IMG/VR virus record: IMGVR_UViG_3300027710_000024
Strand: one strand, 5' to 3'
Length of the DNA stretch: 20,000 nucleotides
Source of the DNA: an uncultured virus (IMG/VR IMGVR_UViG_3300027710_000024)
Taxonomy: Duplodnaviria; Heunggongvirae; Uroviricota; Caudoviricetes
Below the pieces are notes generated by a model. The model did not search any database and was not told the DNA's origin. It saw only the letters and a list, made by a program, of their open reading frames with translations. This document shows, piece after piece, positions 1-8,655 of the stretch (position 1 is its first letter; every line of letters starts with the position of its first letter). A program made the position numbers and the translations under genes.

Positions 1-1
1 A

Positions 2-43
2 ACCCTTAAGGAAGAAGAAGAAAAAGACAACTCTCCTGCTTAA
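2..43 (+). CDS. 3' end of an upstream gene (partial, ...TLKEEEEKDNSPA*)
   Basis: Open frame from the window edge to TAA at 41-43; same orientation as the following operon. Confidence 0.35.
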   Translation, partial: TLKEEEEKDNSPA

Positions 44-59
44 TTTCCGCTAGTTTCGC

Positions 60-94
60 TAGACATACACCTGGTTAGGAAGAACAATAGTCCT
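60..94 (+). promoter_or_regulatory. Possible sigma70/SigA-type promoter giving a leaderless transcript
   Basis: TAGACA (60-65), 17 nt, AACAAT (83-88), then ATG at 95. Both hexamers are imperfect. Confidence 0.3.
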
Positions 95-1024
95 ATGGAC
101 CGCGATAAATTAAGCAAATTTGAACAGGTTGACGGCTTACACGAGTCCCAAACCTCTTACTTTAGCGCTCCAAATACGGACTTAGATCCTAACCTATTCT
201 TTGGTAACAGACTTAAGCCTTGGGTTAGAAATAATATCTCAAGGCTTTTGTTTGACCACCTTGGAGTACGGTACTCGGCACCAAATAGGTGGGTTCATAT
301 TTGGCTAGCCGGGTCCGGAGTATCTTATCAATGGTCGGCAGAGCGAGACCCGGGCGACTTAGATTGCCTAGTTGGCATTAATTATGTTGAGTTTAGAAAA
401 GCAAACTATGAGTACGCCGGCCTTTCTGATCAAGAAATTGCCAGCATGTTTAACGAGGGTTTTAATTTAGACTTAATGCCTAACACCAAAAATTGGAATG
501 GCTACGAGCTTACATATTATGTAAATGCTCGTTCCGATATTAAAGATCTAAACCCTTATGCGGCATACGACTTAACTAATGACAACTGGACTGTAGAGCC
601 GGATAGGTCTGCTCACGCTCCTTACTCCCGTTCTTGGGAGCAACAGAGCCAACGAGATTACGATACCGCTACTGAGCTTGTATCTAGATACTCAGCGGCG
701 CTATCTGATATTAAAACGGCACCTAACGATGCTTACAGACTTAATGCAGAAAGACGATTAAAACTTGCGGTAGAGCAGGCGGTATCTTTTTACGATGATA
801 TACACGGAGGAAGAAAAGCCGCTTTTAGCGTCTCAGGATCCGGATACTCTGACTTTAATAACTATAGGTGGCAGGCTGGTAAAAAGACCGGCACTGTACC
901 AGCTTTACGGGCTATTAAACAGTACCAAGATGAGGCTAAAAAACAAGAACAATTAGACACCTATGGTGTAGAATTGCCTGATACACGGACTTTAATTCGA
1001 AGGGCAGCGCAAAAAAATCCATGA
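95..1024 (+). CDS. Pol-beta superfamily nucleotidyltransferase-like protein
   Basis: 309 aa; motif WLAGSGVSYQW...GDLDCLV fits hG[GS]x(n)DhD, with a later acidic strand (YELTYY). Confidence 0.7.
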   Translation: MDRDKLSKFEQVDGLHESQTSYFSAPNTDLDPNLFFGNRLKPWVRNNISRLLFDHLGVRYSAPNRWVHIWLAGSGVSYQWSAERDPGDLDCLVGINYVEFRKANYEYAGLSDQEIASMFNEGFNLDLMPNTKNWNGYELTYYVNARSDIKDLNPYAAYDLTNDNWTVEPDRSAHAPYSRSWEQQSQRDYDTATELVSRYSAALSDIKTAPNDAYRLNAERRLKLAVEQAVSFYDDIHGGRKAAFSVSGSGYSDFNNYRWQAGKKTGTVPALRAIKQYQDEAKKQEQLDTYGVELPDTRTLIRRAAQKNP

Positions 1025-1485
1025 CAGCTTTGGTTTCACTAGACGGGGTTCTTAGAACCGAAGTTGGGAATCCAATTCACGAAGGATTAAAACTATTTAG
1101 GGTTTTAGCTCCCAGTTATCGAGTAGTCCTAGCTACAGACGGTACAAAAATGGAAGCCGAGCATTGGCTTAGATCCAATATGATTTCTGGGTACGCAGAT
1201 ATTATTGATAATACCTCTGGCTATGAAGGACAAGATCTTAGAATACGACAACTTGATATCATGAAGACTTTAGCTACAGTAGAGCTATTTGTAGACTCTG
1301 ATGTAGACCGTTGCGCATTGGCTTTTAAAAGTGGAATAACCTCGCTGTTATTTGCCTCCCCAAAGTTTGTTAGAACAAAGCGTCAAGTAAAGCCTTGGGA
1401 AGAGCTAAAGACTGAGCTTGAAAAACAAAAAGAATTTAGAGCAAGTTTGATGTTAGATGATTTATCAGCGCATAGGTGGGAGTAA
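1021..1485 (+). CDS. HAD-superfamily-like protein (first Asp of motif I replaced by Ser)
   Basis: ALVSLDGVLR (motif I-like), VVLATDG (motif II-like), LFVDSD (motif IV-like); ATGA overlap with the upstream ORF. Confidence 0.6.
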   Translation: MTALVSLDGVLRTEVGNPIHEGLKLFRVLAPSYRVVLATDGTKMEAEHWLRSNMISGYADIIDNTSGYEGQDLRIRQLDIMKTLATVELFVDSDVDRCALAFKSGITSLLFASPKFVRTKRQVKPWEELKTELEKQKEFRASLMLDDLSAHRWE

Positions 1486-1487
1486 CG

Positions 1488-2957
1488 ATGGATATCGTAT
1501 TTTTGGGTGGAGAGGTTCCTTCCCACAGAAAGCTCCTGGTCGCTAATGGCGTAAAGCACATTGGCTTAAACTACTGGCGCCTTGTAAAGCGTGGCCTACC
1601 CAAGACTAAGGACTACCTACTTTCTGAGTACTTCCCAGATGACGTCTTTGTCTATGTAAATGCCAAGATTAACGATGAGTCAGCCCTAACCACAGAAGAG
1701 CTCTTTGATTTTAATGCTGAGTACAATGACTGGGTCTCCCTAAACGAGGACCGAATCGAGCTAGCTTTTGAGTTTACATCCCAGTCTTTAGGGGCAGAAC
1801 ACCGAGCAACTGAGAGAAGTACCTTTTGGGAAGAGTTTGGGGTTGATCGCTTTGTTCCTACTTGGGAAGCAAAAGACGGCCATCCAGAGCTTCACCGGCT
1901 AGCTAAGGCCTACCCTCACGTGGGGATTGTGGGCAACAGTATTGAGGAGGATAAGTCTTTAGCCGGCATTACGCGGGCCCTAACTACCCAATTTGGAACC
2001 ACCTTCCACGCTATAGGCTCGATGAGCCCAGAAAATTTACGGCAGATCCAATGCCTCACAGTCAGCACCCTAGCATGGCTGTCCCCGATGATGCGTGGGG
2101 AAACAATTGTCTGGGATGGCGCTCGCCTTCTTCGTTACCCTAAAAGAATGAAAGCTCAGGCCCGCAGCCGGTACAAGGCAGTCATTGAGAAAGCCGGTCT
2201 CGACTACTCATTAATCATTGCAGATGATCCAAACGAGGTTACGCGTCTAGCTATCTGGTCTTTCCTTGAGCTAGAAGCGTTCATTAATGAACGAAAGACA
2301 CCACTGTTATCTGATAAGAGCGTGTATATGGATGACCCGGGAGATGCGGAAACAGGTGGTACAGAACCTGATAATAGACCCCCCGACGTGCGGAAAGATT
2401 TGCAAGAAAGAGACCCCCTAGAACTGCGCCCATTACCCGTTTTTGGGGTTACAACAAAGACTATAATTGAAAAAGATGAGGTTGGACGAGACGTTTTACG
2501 TGACGTTCCAGTGTTATCTAGCTCATCTTCTTCACTACGCCAGTGTAATACTTGCTTCGTAGCTACTAACTGTCCGGCCTTTAAACCCGAGAATAGCTGT
2601 GCCTTCAACCTGCCCGTAGAGGTAAAAACAAAGGAGCAATTGAAGGGATTATTGAATACTGTCATTGAAATACAGGGTTCTAGAGTCGCTTTTGCCCGAT
2701 TTGCGGAGGAATTGAACGGTGGATACCCAGATCCTAACACTTCCCAAGAGATAGATCGTTTATTTAAAATTGTAAAGCAACTGAAGGAATTGGAGGAAAA
2801 TAAAGAATTCGTACGCATGACGGTAGAACGTCAGAGCTCTGGTGGAGTAATGTCTGCCCTGTTTGGGGATCGAGCGAATACGCTCAAGGAGCTCCCAAAC
2901 CAAGGTTTGTCTGAGTCAGAGGTATCGACTATACTCTCAGAAAAGCTTGAAAACTAG
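1488..2957 (+). CDS. Two-domain protein: degenerate TGT/DpdA-like barrel plus C-terminal Cys-cluster/helical domain
   Basis: ATG at 1488 preferred, 2 nt after the upstream stop. FHAIGS...TVSTLAWLSPMMRG resembles the phage TGT-like HxFG...SVDSxSW..G pattern. Acidic/Pro linker, then CNTC-x5-C-x8-C. Confidence 0.45.
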   Translation: MDIVFLGGEVPSHRKLLVANGVKHIGLNYWRLVKRGLPKTKDYLLSEYFPDDVFVYVNAKINDESALTTEELFDFNAEYNDWVSLNEDRIELAFEFTSQSLGAEHRATERSTFWEEFGVDRFVPTWEAKDGHPELHRLAKAYPHVGIVGNSIEEDKSLAGITRALTTQFGTTFHAIGSMSPENLRQIQCLTVSTLAWLSPMMRGETIVWDGARLLRYPKRMKAQARSRYKAVIEKAGLDYSLIIADDPNEVTRLAIWSFLELEAFINERKTPLLSDKSVYMDDPGDAETGGTEPDNRPPDVRKDLQERDPLELRPLPVFGVTTKTIIEKDEVGRDVLRDVPVLSSSSSSLRQCNTCFVATNCPAFKPENSCAFNLPVEVKTKEQLKGLLNTVIEIQGSRVAFARFAEELNGGYPDPNTSQEIDRLFKIVKQLKELEENKEFVRMTVERQSSGGVMSALFGDRANTLKELPNQGLSESEVSTILSEKLEN

Positions 2958-3006
2958 TTTCACTCTTATCATATAACAGTTACTTTTACCAACGAATGGG
3001 GCCATT

Positions 3007-5049
3007 GTGTTTTCTTTTAAACTGACCGAAGAATTTATCAAATCTTACCGCGGAAAGAAGGTCCCTTGGGGCTACGAAGACTGCGCAGGTAACTCTGTTG
3101 GTGAGATCATCTTTCTTCGTACTTACAGTCGTTTAAAAGCTGATGGGACCAAAGAGACCTGGGTTGATGTCTGCGAGCGGGTTATCAATGGAATGTATTC
3201 TCTTCAGAAAGATCACGCTAAAACTAACCGGCTACCCTGGAATGATGCCAAGGCTCAGTCTTCAGCCAAGGAAGCTTTTGATCGTTTATTTAATCTGAAG
3301 TGGACCCCACCCGGCCGAGGTCTATGGGTTATGGGAACTCCAATCGTTAATGAGCAGAGAAACTCAGCTGCCCTACAAAACTGTGCTTTTGTATCTACAG
3401 GTTCTATGACCAAGCTAGACCCAGCAAAACCATTTGCCTTCCTAATGGAGGCTTCGATGCTAGGCGTTGGAGTCGGATTTGACGATAAGGGCGCAGATAA
3501 GGAGTTCACAATTTATGGGCCACAACCCGACACCGCCCCTATCCTTGTTCCAGATACCCGAGAAGGCTGGGTTGATTCCGTCGCCCTCATCATCAACAGT
3601 TACCTTAAGCCAGATCAGAAGAGCCCAGTATTCGACTACTCACAGATCCGGCCAGCCGGTACTCCGATTAAAACCTTTGGTGGAACCGCGGCCGGACACG
3701 AGCCGCTAGAAAAACTCCACAATCACATTAGATCTATATTTAAAGGACGTGCCGGAGAAAAGCTTACTCGTAGAGATATTGCCGATATTGGAAATCTTAT
3801 CGGAGTCTGCGTAGTATCTGGAAACGTACGCCGTTCAGCAGAGCTTCTTCTTGGTCGAATTGATGACCAAGACTTCCTAAACCTAAAGAATGCTGACGTA
3901 TATCCTGAGCGTAACTCTTACGATCCAAAGTCTCCTGGCTGGGGCTGGATGTCCAATAACTCAGTCGAGGTATCTGTTGGAACAGACCTATCTCCAATTA
4001 TTGACGGCATCTCCCGCAATGGTGAGCCTGGCGTTGTCTGGATGGACCTAACTCGTAAATATGGAAGACTAGCCGACCCAGAGAACAATAAGGACTGGCG
4101 AGCATCTGGATACAATCCTTGCGCAGAGCAATCTTTGGAGTCTTTTGAGTGCTGTACTCTTGTAGAGACTTATTTAAATCGTCACGATGATCTTGAGGAC
4201 TTTAAGCGCACCCTAAAGTTTGCTTATCTATACGCAAAGACTGTAACCCTTATCCCAACACACTGGGAAGAGACTAATGCGATCATGCAACGTAATCGCC
4301 GTATTGGAACATCTGTATCCGGCGTAGCTAACTTTGCCGATAACAAGGGTCTGCCACTACTACGTACTTGGATGGATGAGGGATATGCCGTTATTCAACA
4401 GTACGACAAGTCTTACTCAGAATGGCTAGGTATCCGTGAGTCTATTAAGACCACAACTATTAAGCCTTCAGGAACTGTATCTATTTTGGCCGGAGAATCC
4501 CCTGGAGTTCACTGGACACCGGGCGGAAAATTCTTCTTGCGTGCTATCCGCTTTGGTAACTCAGATCCAATGCTTCCGCTATTTAAGATGGCTAAGTATC
4601 GGGTAGAGCCGGCCTCAGAATCACCAGATACTACATCCGTAGTGTTCTTCCCAATTAAATCTAACGCTAAGCGTTCCGAGAAGGAAGTCTCAATATATGA
4701 AAAGATGGCGCTCGCAGCAACTGCGCAGCGATACTGGTCCGACAACTCCGTCTCAGTAACCGTCTCATTCAACCCAGAGACTGAAGCATCTTCAATAGGA
4801 ACTGCTCTCCATATGTATGACGGACAACTCAAGACTGTCTCGTTCCTCCCAATGACTACTGGGACATACGCTCAAATGCCTTACACTACTAGCAGTGAAG
4901 AGGAGTATGAAGAGGGTAGAATGAATCTATTCCCAATTGACCTCAAAGGGGTCTATGAAGGAATGGCTTATGACGCAATTGGCGAGGCTTACTGCACAAC
5001 AGATGCTTGTGAAGTTAAATTAATTCGAGAGGAAATGAAGAATGTCTAA
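3007..5049 (+). CDS. nrdJ: Class II (adenosylcobalamin-dependent) ribonucleoside-triphosphate reductase, monomeric RTPR type
   Basis: RTYSR, PPGRGLW, NCAF, GNVRRSA, catalytic NPCAEQ, TTIKPSGTVS and the C-terminal redox pair YCTTDAC. Confidence 0.95.
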   Translation: MFSFKLTEEFIKSYRGKKVPWGYEDCAGNSVGEIIFLRTYSRLKADGTKETWVDVCERVINGMYSLQKDHAKTNRLPWNDAKAQSSAKEAFDRLFNLKWTPPGRGLWVMGTPIVNEQRNSAALQNCAFVSTGSMTKLDPAKPFAFLMEASMLGVGVGFDDKGADKEFTIYGPQPDTAPILVPDTREGWVDSVALIINSYLKPDQKSPVFDYSQIRPAGTPIKTFGGTAAGHEPLEKLHNHIRSIFKGRAGEKLTRRDIADIGNLIGVCVVSGNVRRSAELLLGRIDDQDFLNLKNADVYPERNSYDPKSPGWGWMSNNSVEVSVGTDLSPIIDGISRNGEPGVVWMDLTRKYGRLADPENNKDWRASGYNPCAEQSLESFECCTLVETYLNRHDDLEDFKRTLKFAYLYAKTVTLIPTHWEETNAIMQRNRRIGTSVSGVANFADNKGLPLLRTWMDEGYAVIQQYDKSYSEWLGIRESIKTTTIKPSGTVSILAGESPGVHWTPGGKFFLRAIRFGNSDPMLPLFKMAKYRVEPASESPDTTSVVFFPIKSNAKRSEKEVSIYEKMALAATAQRYWSDNSVSVTVSFNPETEASSIGTALHMYDGQLKTVSFLPMTTGTYAQMPYTTSSEEEYEEGRMNLFPIDLKGVYEGMAYDAIGEAYCTTDACEVKLIREEMKNV

Positions 5050-5224
5050 TGAAAAAGATCTTCCTGATTGGGACGAAAGTTTCGCAAGAGAACTTAACCC
5101 GGAAGATGATGTCGATTTTGCTTTAGAAATTGATGACGAGGATTTTGAAGACTGGGAAGATGACGATTTAGAGGAACTTCTCGAAGATGCTGAAGATATT
5201 GAATGGGACGACGAGGAAAAATAA
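5042..5224 (+). CDS. Small, extremely acidic protein
   Basis: 60 aa with 32 D/E by hand count; overlaps the nrdJ stop; GAGG upstream. Confidence 0.7.
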   Translation: MSNEKDLPDWDESFARELNPEDDVDFALEIDDEDFEDWEDDDLEELLEDAEDIEWDDEEK

Positions 5225-5264
5225 GCCTAAGTCTGATTGGGCATACGTATCCGCCGCCGCCAAC

Positions 5265-5319
5265 ACAAACAATTCTTAACTTAAAACCCTAATTTAAGTT
5301 AAGAATTGTTTGTTTTTTT
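5265..5319 (+). terminator. Perfect 21-bp inverted repeat plus T-tract between the convergent gene blocks
   Basis: ACAAACAATTCTTAACTTAAA (5265-5285), 7-nt loop, TTTAAGTTAAGAATTGTTTGT (5293-5313), then a T run. Confidence 0.7.
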
Positions 5320-5325
5320 AAACCT

Positions 5326-5484
5326 TTAATCAAAGTAACCTTCCGCCCACAATCCCCCAAGAAACTCGTGAGTCTTACACAAGCTTCCGTGTAACCAAGG
5401 GTCATCTTTTTCGTTTGTTTTTTCTATGGCTGTAGTAACGCAAGCCATCATATTATCTAGATCTTCTTTAGTAAATCCTAGCAT
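5326..5484 (-). CDS. Hypothetical microprotein, 52 aa (MLGFTKEDLDNMM...GLWAEGYFD), not in the ORF track
   Basis: AAGGTGG SD; overlaps the end of 5478..5774 and fills the gap to the terminator. Confidence 0.7.
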   Translation of the reverse strand: MLGFTKEDLDNMMACVTTAIEKTNEKDDPWLHGSLCKTHEFLGGLWAEGYFD

Positions 5485-5774
5485 TGTTTTACCACCTTAT
5501 TTGTAAACTCGTACTGTTCTTCTGAGCGAATGCATTCAAGGCATACAACTTCTTCATCTCCGTCTTCATCGGTGAATACAAAGAAAGCCTCATCTATAAA
5601 GCTACAGTGATCACATATGTGGACTGTTGGATCCCTATCAAATATGTAGCAGGAGTGACATTGAACTGCGTCTATATATTCGTCTGGATATGCAAGCTGA
5701 TTACCACATATGCAAAACCCCACATACCCTGCCGGCAATTCAATTAATGCTTCTTTAACTGTAGAGCTGCTCAT
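5478..5774 (-). CDS. Cys-rich putative zinc-binding protein
   Basis: CIC, CHSC, CDHC and CLEC motifs; tight packing with neighbours. Confidence 0.7.
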   Translation of the reverse strand: MSSSTVKEALIELPAGYVGFCICGNQLAYPDEYIDAVQCHSCYIFDRDPTVHICDHCSFIDEAFFVFTDEDGDEEVVCLECIRSEEQYEFTNKVVKQC

Positions 5775-5988
5775 CTTCTTGTTCTCCGTTCTGGATAAGC
5801 TTCATAGGCTCACCCGTATCGTAGTTATCTACTGAATGTATCATTGTCCAGCCTTCGTTCTTTCTTAGATCGCCGTATTCCCCAGCGTCTATTCTGTCTT
5901 GTATCTCTTCTTGAAGCCCTATTGATGAAACATCTTCAAGCAACATTGAATAGAACTCAACTTTTTTTACGATAACTTCAACGTTCAT
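5755..5988 (-). CDS. Hypothetical protein (start MNVEVIVKK)
   Basis: AAGGAGAG SD before the ATG at 5988, immediately after the upstream stop. Confidence 0.7.
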   Translation of the reverse strand: MNVEVIVKKVEFYSMLLEDVSSIGLQEEIQDRIDAGEYGDLRKNEGWTMIHSVDNYDTGEPMKLIQNGEQEDEQLYS

Positions 5989-5989
5989 A

Positions 5990-6445
5990 TTACTCTCCTT
6001 TCTTTTTAATTGATGTAATAGATTTGCCATCTTCCCTAGGCCAGACATAAGGCAGGTCATCTGGACCAGGAAACTTGTAGTGGGTTATATCTTTTCTTTT
6101 TAGGTTAGACCGGTGGCTTCGGTGAAGTGCTCGTTTACCTAACCACCAAGGTCGTTTGTATCTGTCTGCTGGTATTTCTTTGCACAACTCTTTTGCTTGT
6201 TGAAGGCAAGTATCTTTATAGCCTAATCTAATCCACCGTTCACAGATAGCTACTGTGTAGAGGAATAACTGTCCTTCGTATCCTCGCCACATTACTGCAG
6301 CTGGGTGGTTTCTCCAACCTTTAGTTTTACCTAGATTAGCCTTTAGAATTTGCAGGGCTTCTACCCGTTGTTTTCCAAGCCGTTTTACATCTAAAGCTTC
6401 AGCAGATTTATTGTAATCTGGAAAGGGTAAGAATGTATTAACCAT
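5990..6445 (-). CDS. Pyrimidine-dimer DNA glycosylase / MSMEG_6728-family protein
   Basis: MVNTFLP...LDVKRLGKQRVEALQI...HPAAVMW...PWWLG...HRSHRSNL...YVWP family pattern; true start taken at MVNTF. Confidence 0.85.
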   Translation of the reverse strand: MVNTFLPFPDYNKSAEALDVKRLGKQRVEALQILKANLGKTKGWRNHPAAVMWRGYEGQLFLYTVAICERWIRLGYKDTCLQQAKELCKEIPADRYKRPWWLGKRALHRSHRSNLKRKDITHYKFPGPDDLPYVWPREDGKSITSIKKKGE

Positions 6446-6554
6446 TTGGATCCCAACAATCTGGGCAAGAAGTAACCATACGAACTTGCTCCGTATCGTG
6501 AGGCTCTTCGTATGAATCGCCCGCACACTTTAAACATATAAACAATATGCTCAT
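6438..6554 (-). CDS. 38-aa zinc-ribbon microprotein (MSILFICLKC...SCPDCWDPNG), not in the ORF track
   Basis: Two CxxC pairs; fills the gap between 6559 and 6445. Confidence 0.6.
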   Translation of the reverse strand: MSILFICLKCAGDSYEEPHDTEQVRMVTSCPDCWDPNG

Positions 6555-6558
6555 ATTT

Positions 6559-6810
6559 TTATCCTATACTGACGCCCTCTTTTTTAGCGTCATAGCCGAT
6601 GTCTTTTAGGTTTTTTCTTATCTCTAATATAGTCCGCCTATCTTTAGTTCTACCTGAAGATAAGATTACTTGTTGCTTTGTTTCATTATTAAAGACGCGT
6701 ACGTGACCGCGTGTAGTTACAGTTACCGAAAGGCCCGATTTTTGTAGGGCTCTCACTAACTTTTTCATGTTTTTATCTTTAAGTGCAAGTGCTGCAAAGT
6801 AAAGTTGCAT
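6559..6810 (-). CDS. HicA-like (dsRBD-fold) toxin/RNase family protein
   Basis: KKLVRALQKSG..V.....GH..V...V.LSS...D.R....I...LK.IG pattern with the GH motif; AAGGAGG SD. Confidence 0.6.
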   Translation of the reverse strand: MQLYFAALALKDKNMKKLVRALQKSGLSVTVTTRGHVRVFNNETKQQVILSSGRTKDRRTILEIRKNLKDIGYDAKKEGVSIG

Positions 6811-6879
6811 GGGTGGTTTCCTCCTTTCTTTTCCTGTGATATAGTTATGACACTCTGAAGAGAGTATCTCTGTCGAGAG

Positions 6880-6928
6880 AAAAAACAGCCCCGCAAGGTA
6901 TTTTTCTGGATACCTTGCGGGGTTGTTT
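6880..6928 (-). terminator. Intrinsic terminator
   Basis: Minus strand: AAACAACCCCGCAAGGTAT, loop, ATACCTTGCGGGGCTGTTTTTT. Confidence 0.85.
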
Positions 6929-6939
6929 GTGTTGGTGTG

Positions 6940-7131
6940 TTACTCGGGGACTTCTTCGCATTCGAGTACTTTTATGTACTCACCCGGGCGAAGATACTCA
7001 TCATTAAGCGCGGTACGTATGAATTGGTCATAGAACCATAAGTCCCAGTTATGCTCTGCAGCATAGGGTGGTTCTATCCGTCCTTCGTATACGCATACTT
7101 CAAACGTTAGTTGAAGTTTTACCATTGCCAT
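6940..7131 (-). CDS. Hypothetical protein
   Basis: 63-aa ORF, GGGAG SD, contiguous packing. Confidence 0.65.
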   Translation of the reverse strand: MAMVKLQLTFEVCVYEGRIEPPYAAEHNWDLWFYDQFIRTALNDEYLRPGEYIKVLECEEVPE

Positions 7132-7134
7132 AGA

Positions 7135-7815
7135 TTACTCCCTTTCGTTAGCATCACCCCCATCTGACAAACCCAACCATAGATCTTGGAATTTGCCGAG
7201 ATGAAGACTAATTTCTCTGAAGCTACTGTCGTACTGGCCACGATTTTTAATCTCGCCCGCCATCCCAATAGCCCAGCCGCATGTGTTTTCTGAAGGAGCT
7301 TCAATGTCGAAGCTGTAATGAAACATGATCTTTGGAAAGTCAATGCTCATTTTGTGATAGATTCCGCTTGGTGGTTTGATGCAGGTATCAAATTCAAATA
7401 CCGCTATCTTTTCAGGTTTGAGGTCTTTTCTAATTTTCATAGGAAGACCGGTTAGTACACCTTCGGTAAGCATATGAGTTGCTACTTGAATATTAACTGG
7501 TTCTTTGGGGGTAGTCCAGTGTTCTTCTTTGAAGGTATACGAATCTAAAGCCTTGTATTTTTCTAGAACACTTGGCTTTATGTTTAGTGGGTTGAACGTC
7601 TTTAGCTCATCAGGCACGGGCTTAACTTTGTTAAAGCTTATGGCTTTTGAACCATCAGATAGGTATTGTATTACTAAGTCAACGTCGGCAGCTGAGCCGA
7701 TCATAACTAACTGATTCTTACAGTCATAATCAGAATGCCTATCAATAACCATCTGATTGTGACGTCGTTGTTCTTCTCTTTCTTTTTCGTCGTCAAAGTT
7801 GACGTTGCTACTCAT
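7135..7815 (-). CDS. YubB/Api92-like ferredoxin-like domain protein (DUF1281-related)
   Basis: C.N.L...G, SFNKVKPVP, EHWTT and FEFDTCIKPP...FP...F.Y resemble the C.N / F....P.P / NWGTKW / FDTAWSPP signature. Confidence 0.6.
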   Translation of the reverse strand: MSSNVNFDDEKEREEQRRHNQMVIDRHSDYDCKNQLVMIGSAADVDLVIQYLSDGSKAISFNKVKPVPDELKTFNPLNIKPSVLEKYKALDSYTFKEEHWTTPKEPVNIQVATHMLTEGVLTGLPMKIRKDLKPEKIAVFEFDTCIKPPSGIYHKMSIDFPKIMFHYSFDIEAPSENTCGWAIGMAGEIKNRGQYDSSFREISLHLGKFQDLWLGLSDGGDANERE

Positions 7816-8080
7816 CGTCTATGCCCCTCTCGGCTTTGTGTTTTTGGATAATTGCGGTCTCGTAAGATTTAATCCTCTCGCTTGACCACGTCAGCATTTC
7901 CATTAACTTACCCTCTTCTTCGAGGGAGTTAACCAGGAAATTATTCATTGCGCAAATCTGCTCTAGTGCAAGAGATTTGAACGGTCCAGGTACTTTTGAG
8001 ATATCATAATCTAGGTTTAGATCAGTTAAGCTGGATAATGAGAAGCCATCCTCATCATCTTCATCATCGTGATTGTGCAT
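7808..8080 (-). CDS. Hypothetical protein
   Basis: 90 aa, GGGGG SD, overlap with the next gene. Confidence 0.65.
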   Translation of the reverse strand: MHNHDDEDDEDGFSLSSLTDLNLDYDISKVPGPFKSLALEQICAMNNFLVNSLEEEGKLMEMLTWSSERIKSYETAIIQKHKAERGIDDE

Positions 8081-8088
8081 TTTTCCCC

Positions 8089-8655
8089 CTAATCGATTTG
8101 TTGTACGGTATTGAATTGATCTTTAAAACTAGAGATTAAGTAGGGCAAGTCCCCGTAGAACTTAGCATCTATAAACTCTTCGCTTGATTGATCAAACAAC
8201 GATATATATTGACATATTTTCTGGTAACGACTTGGAGTAATGCTACCTTTATTGTCAGTATGCGACAAAAAAGCTTGCTTTACCGCTACGTTAAGTTTGA
8301 GGATGTTTGTGTTGGCTTCTGACCTTTTGTACGGATAACCTTCAATTTGATTTAACATAATCCGTACATCTATAGATGCATCAGGTGTGGAGTAATCATA
8401 GTGATAATGCCAGTCAAACTTTAAAGTGTTATCGCTATGAGCTTCAGCTAACTGCTTGAGCACAGCACCCCAGTTTTCTTGCATCCAGGCTACCACAGTC
8501 TTACCAGAAACGGTTTCCTCGCCATCAACCTCAAGATGTTTTACTTGGTTGTATGCATCTTCTAGCCATTCTTTGTTTGCCTTTAGCTTTTCTAGTACGC
8601 TAACTCGACGGACTAAGAACGGCGTTGCTTCTATCTTCTTCGACGCTGTTGCCAT
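8089..8655 (-). CDS. Hypothetical protein
   Basis: 188 aa, GAGGAGG SD. Confidence 0.75.
   Translation of the reverse strand: MATASKKIEATPFLVRRVSVLEKLKANKEWLEDAYNQVKHLEVDGEETVSGKTVVAWMQENWGAVLKQLAEAHSDNTLKFDWHYHYDYSTPDASIDVRIMLNQIEGYPYKRSEANTNILKLNVAVKQAFLSHTDNKGSITPSRYQKICQYISLFDQSSEEFIDAKFYGDLPYLISSFKDQFNTVQQID

Noticed and set aside
2204..4832. ORFs 2204..2818, 3255..3509, 3467..3709, 3797..3997, 3918..4115 and 4509..4832
   Set aside because: Antisense or out-of-frame shadows of well-supported genes; no motifs.
3007..5049. Intein or intron in nrdJ
   Set aside because: Continuous 680-aa frame of normal length; NPCAEQ is uninterrupted.
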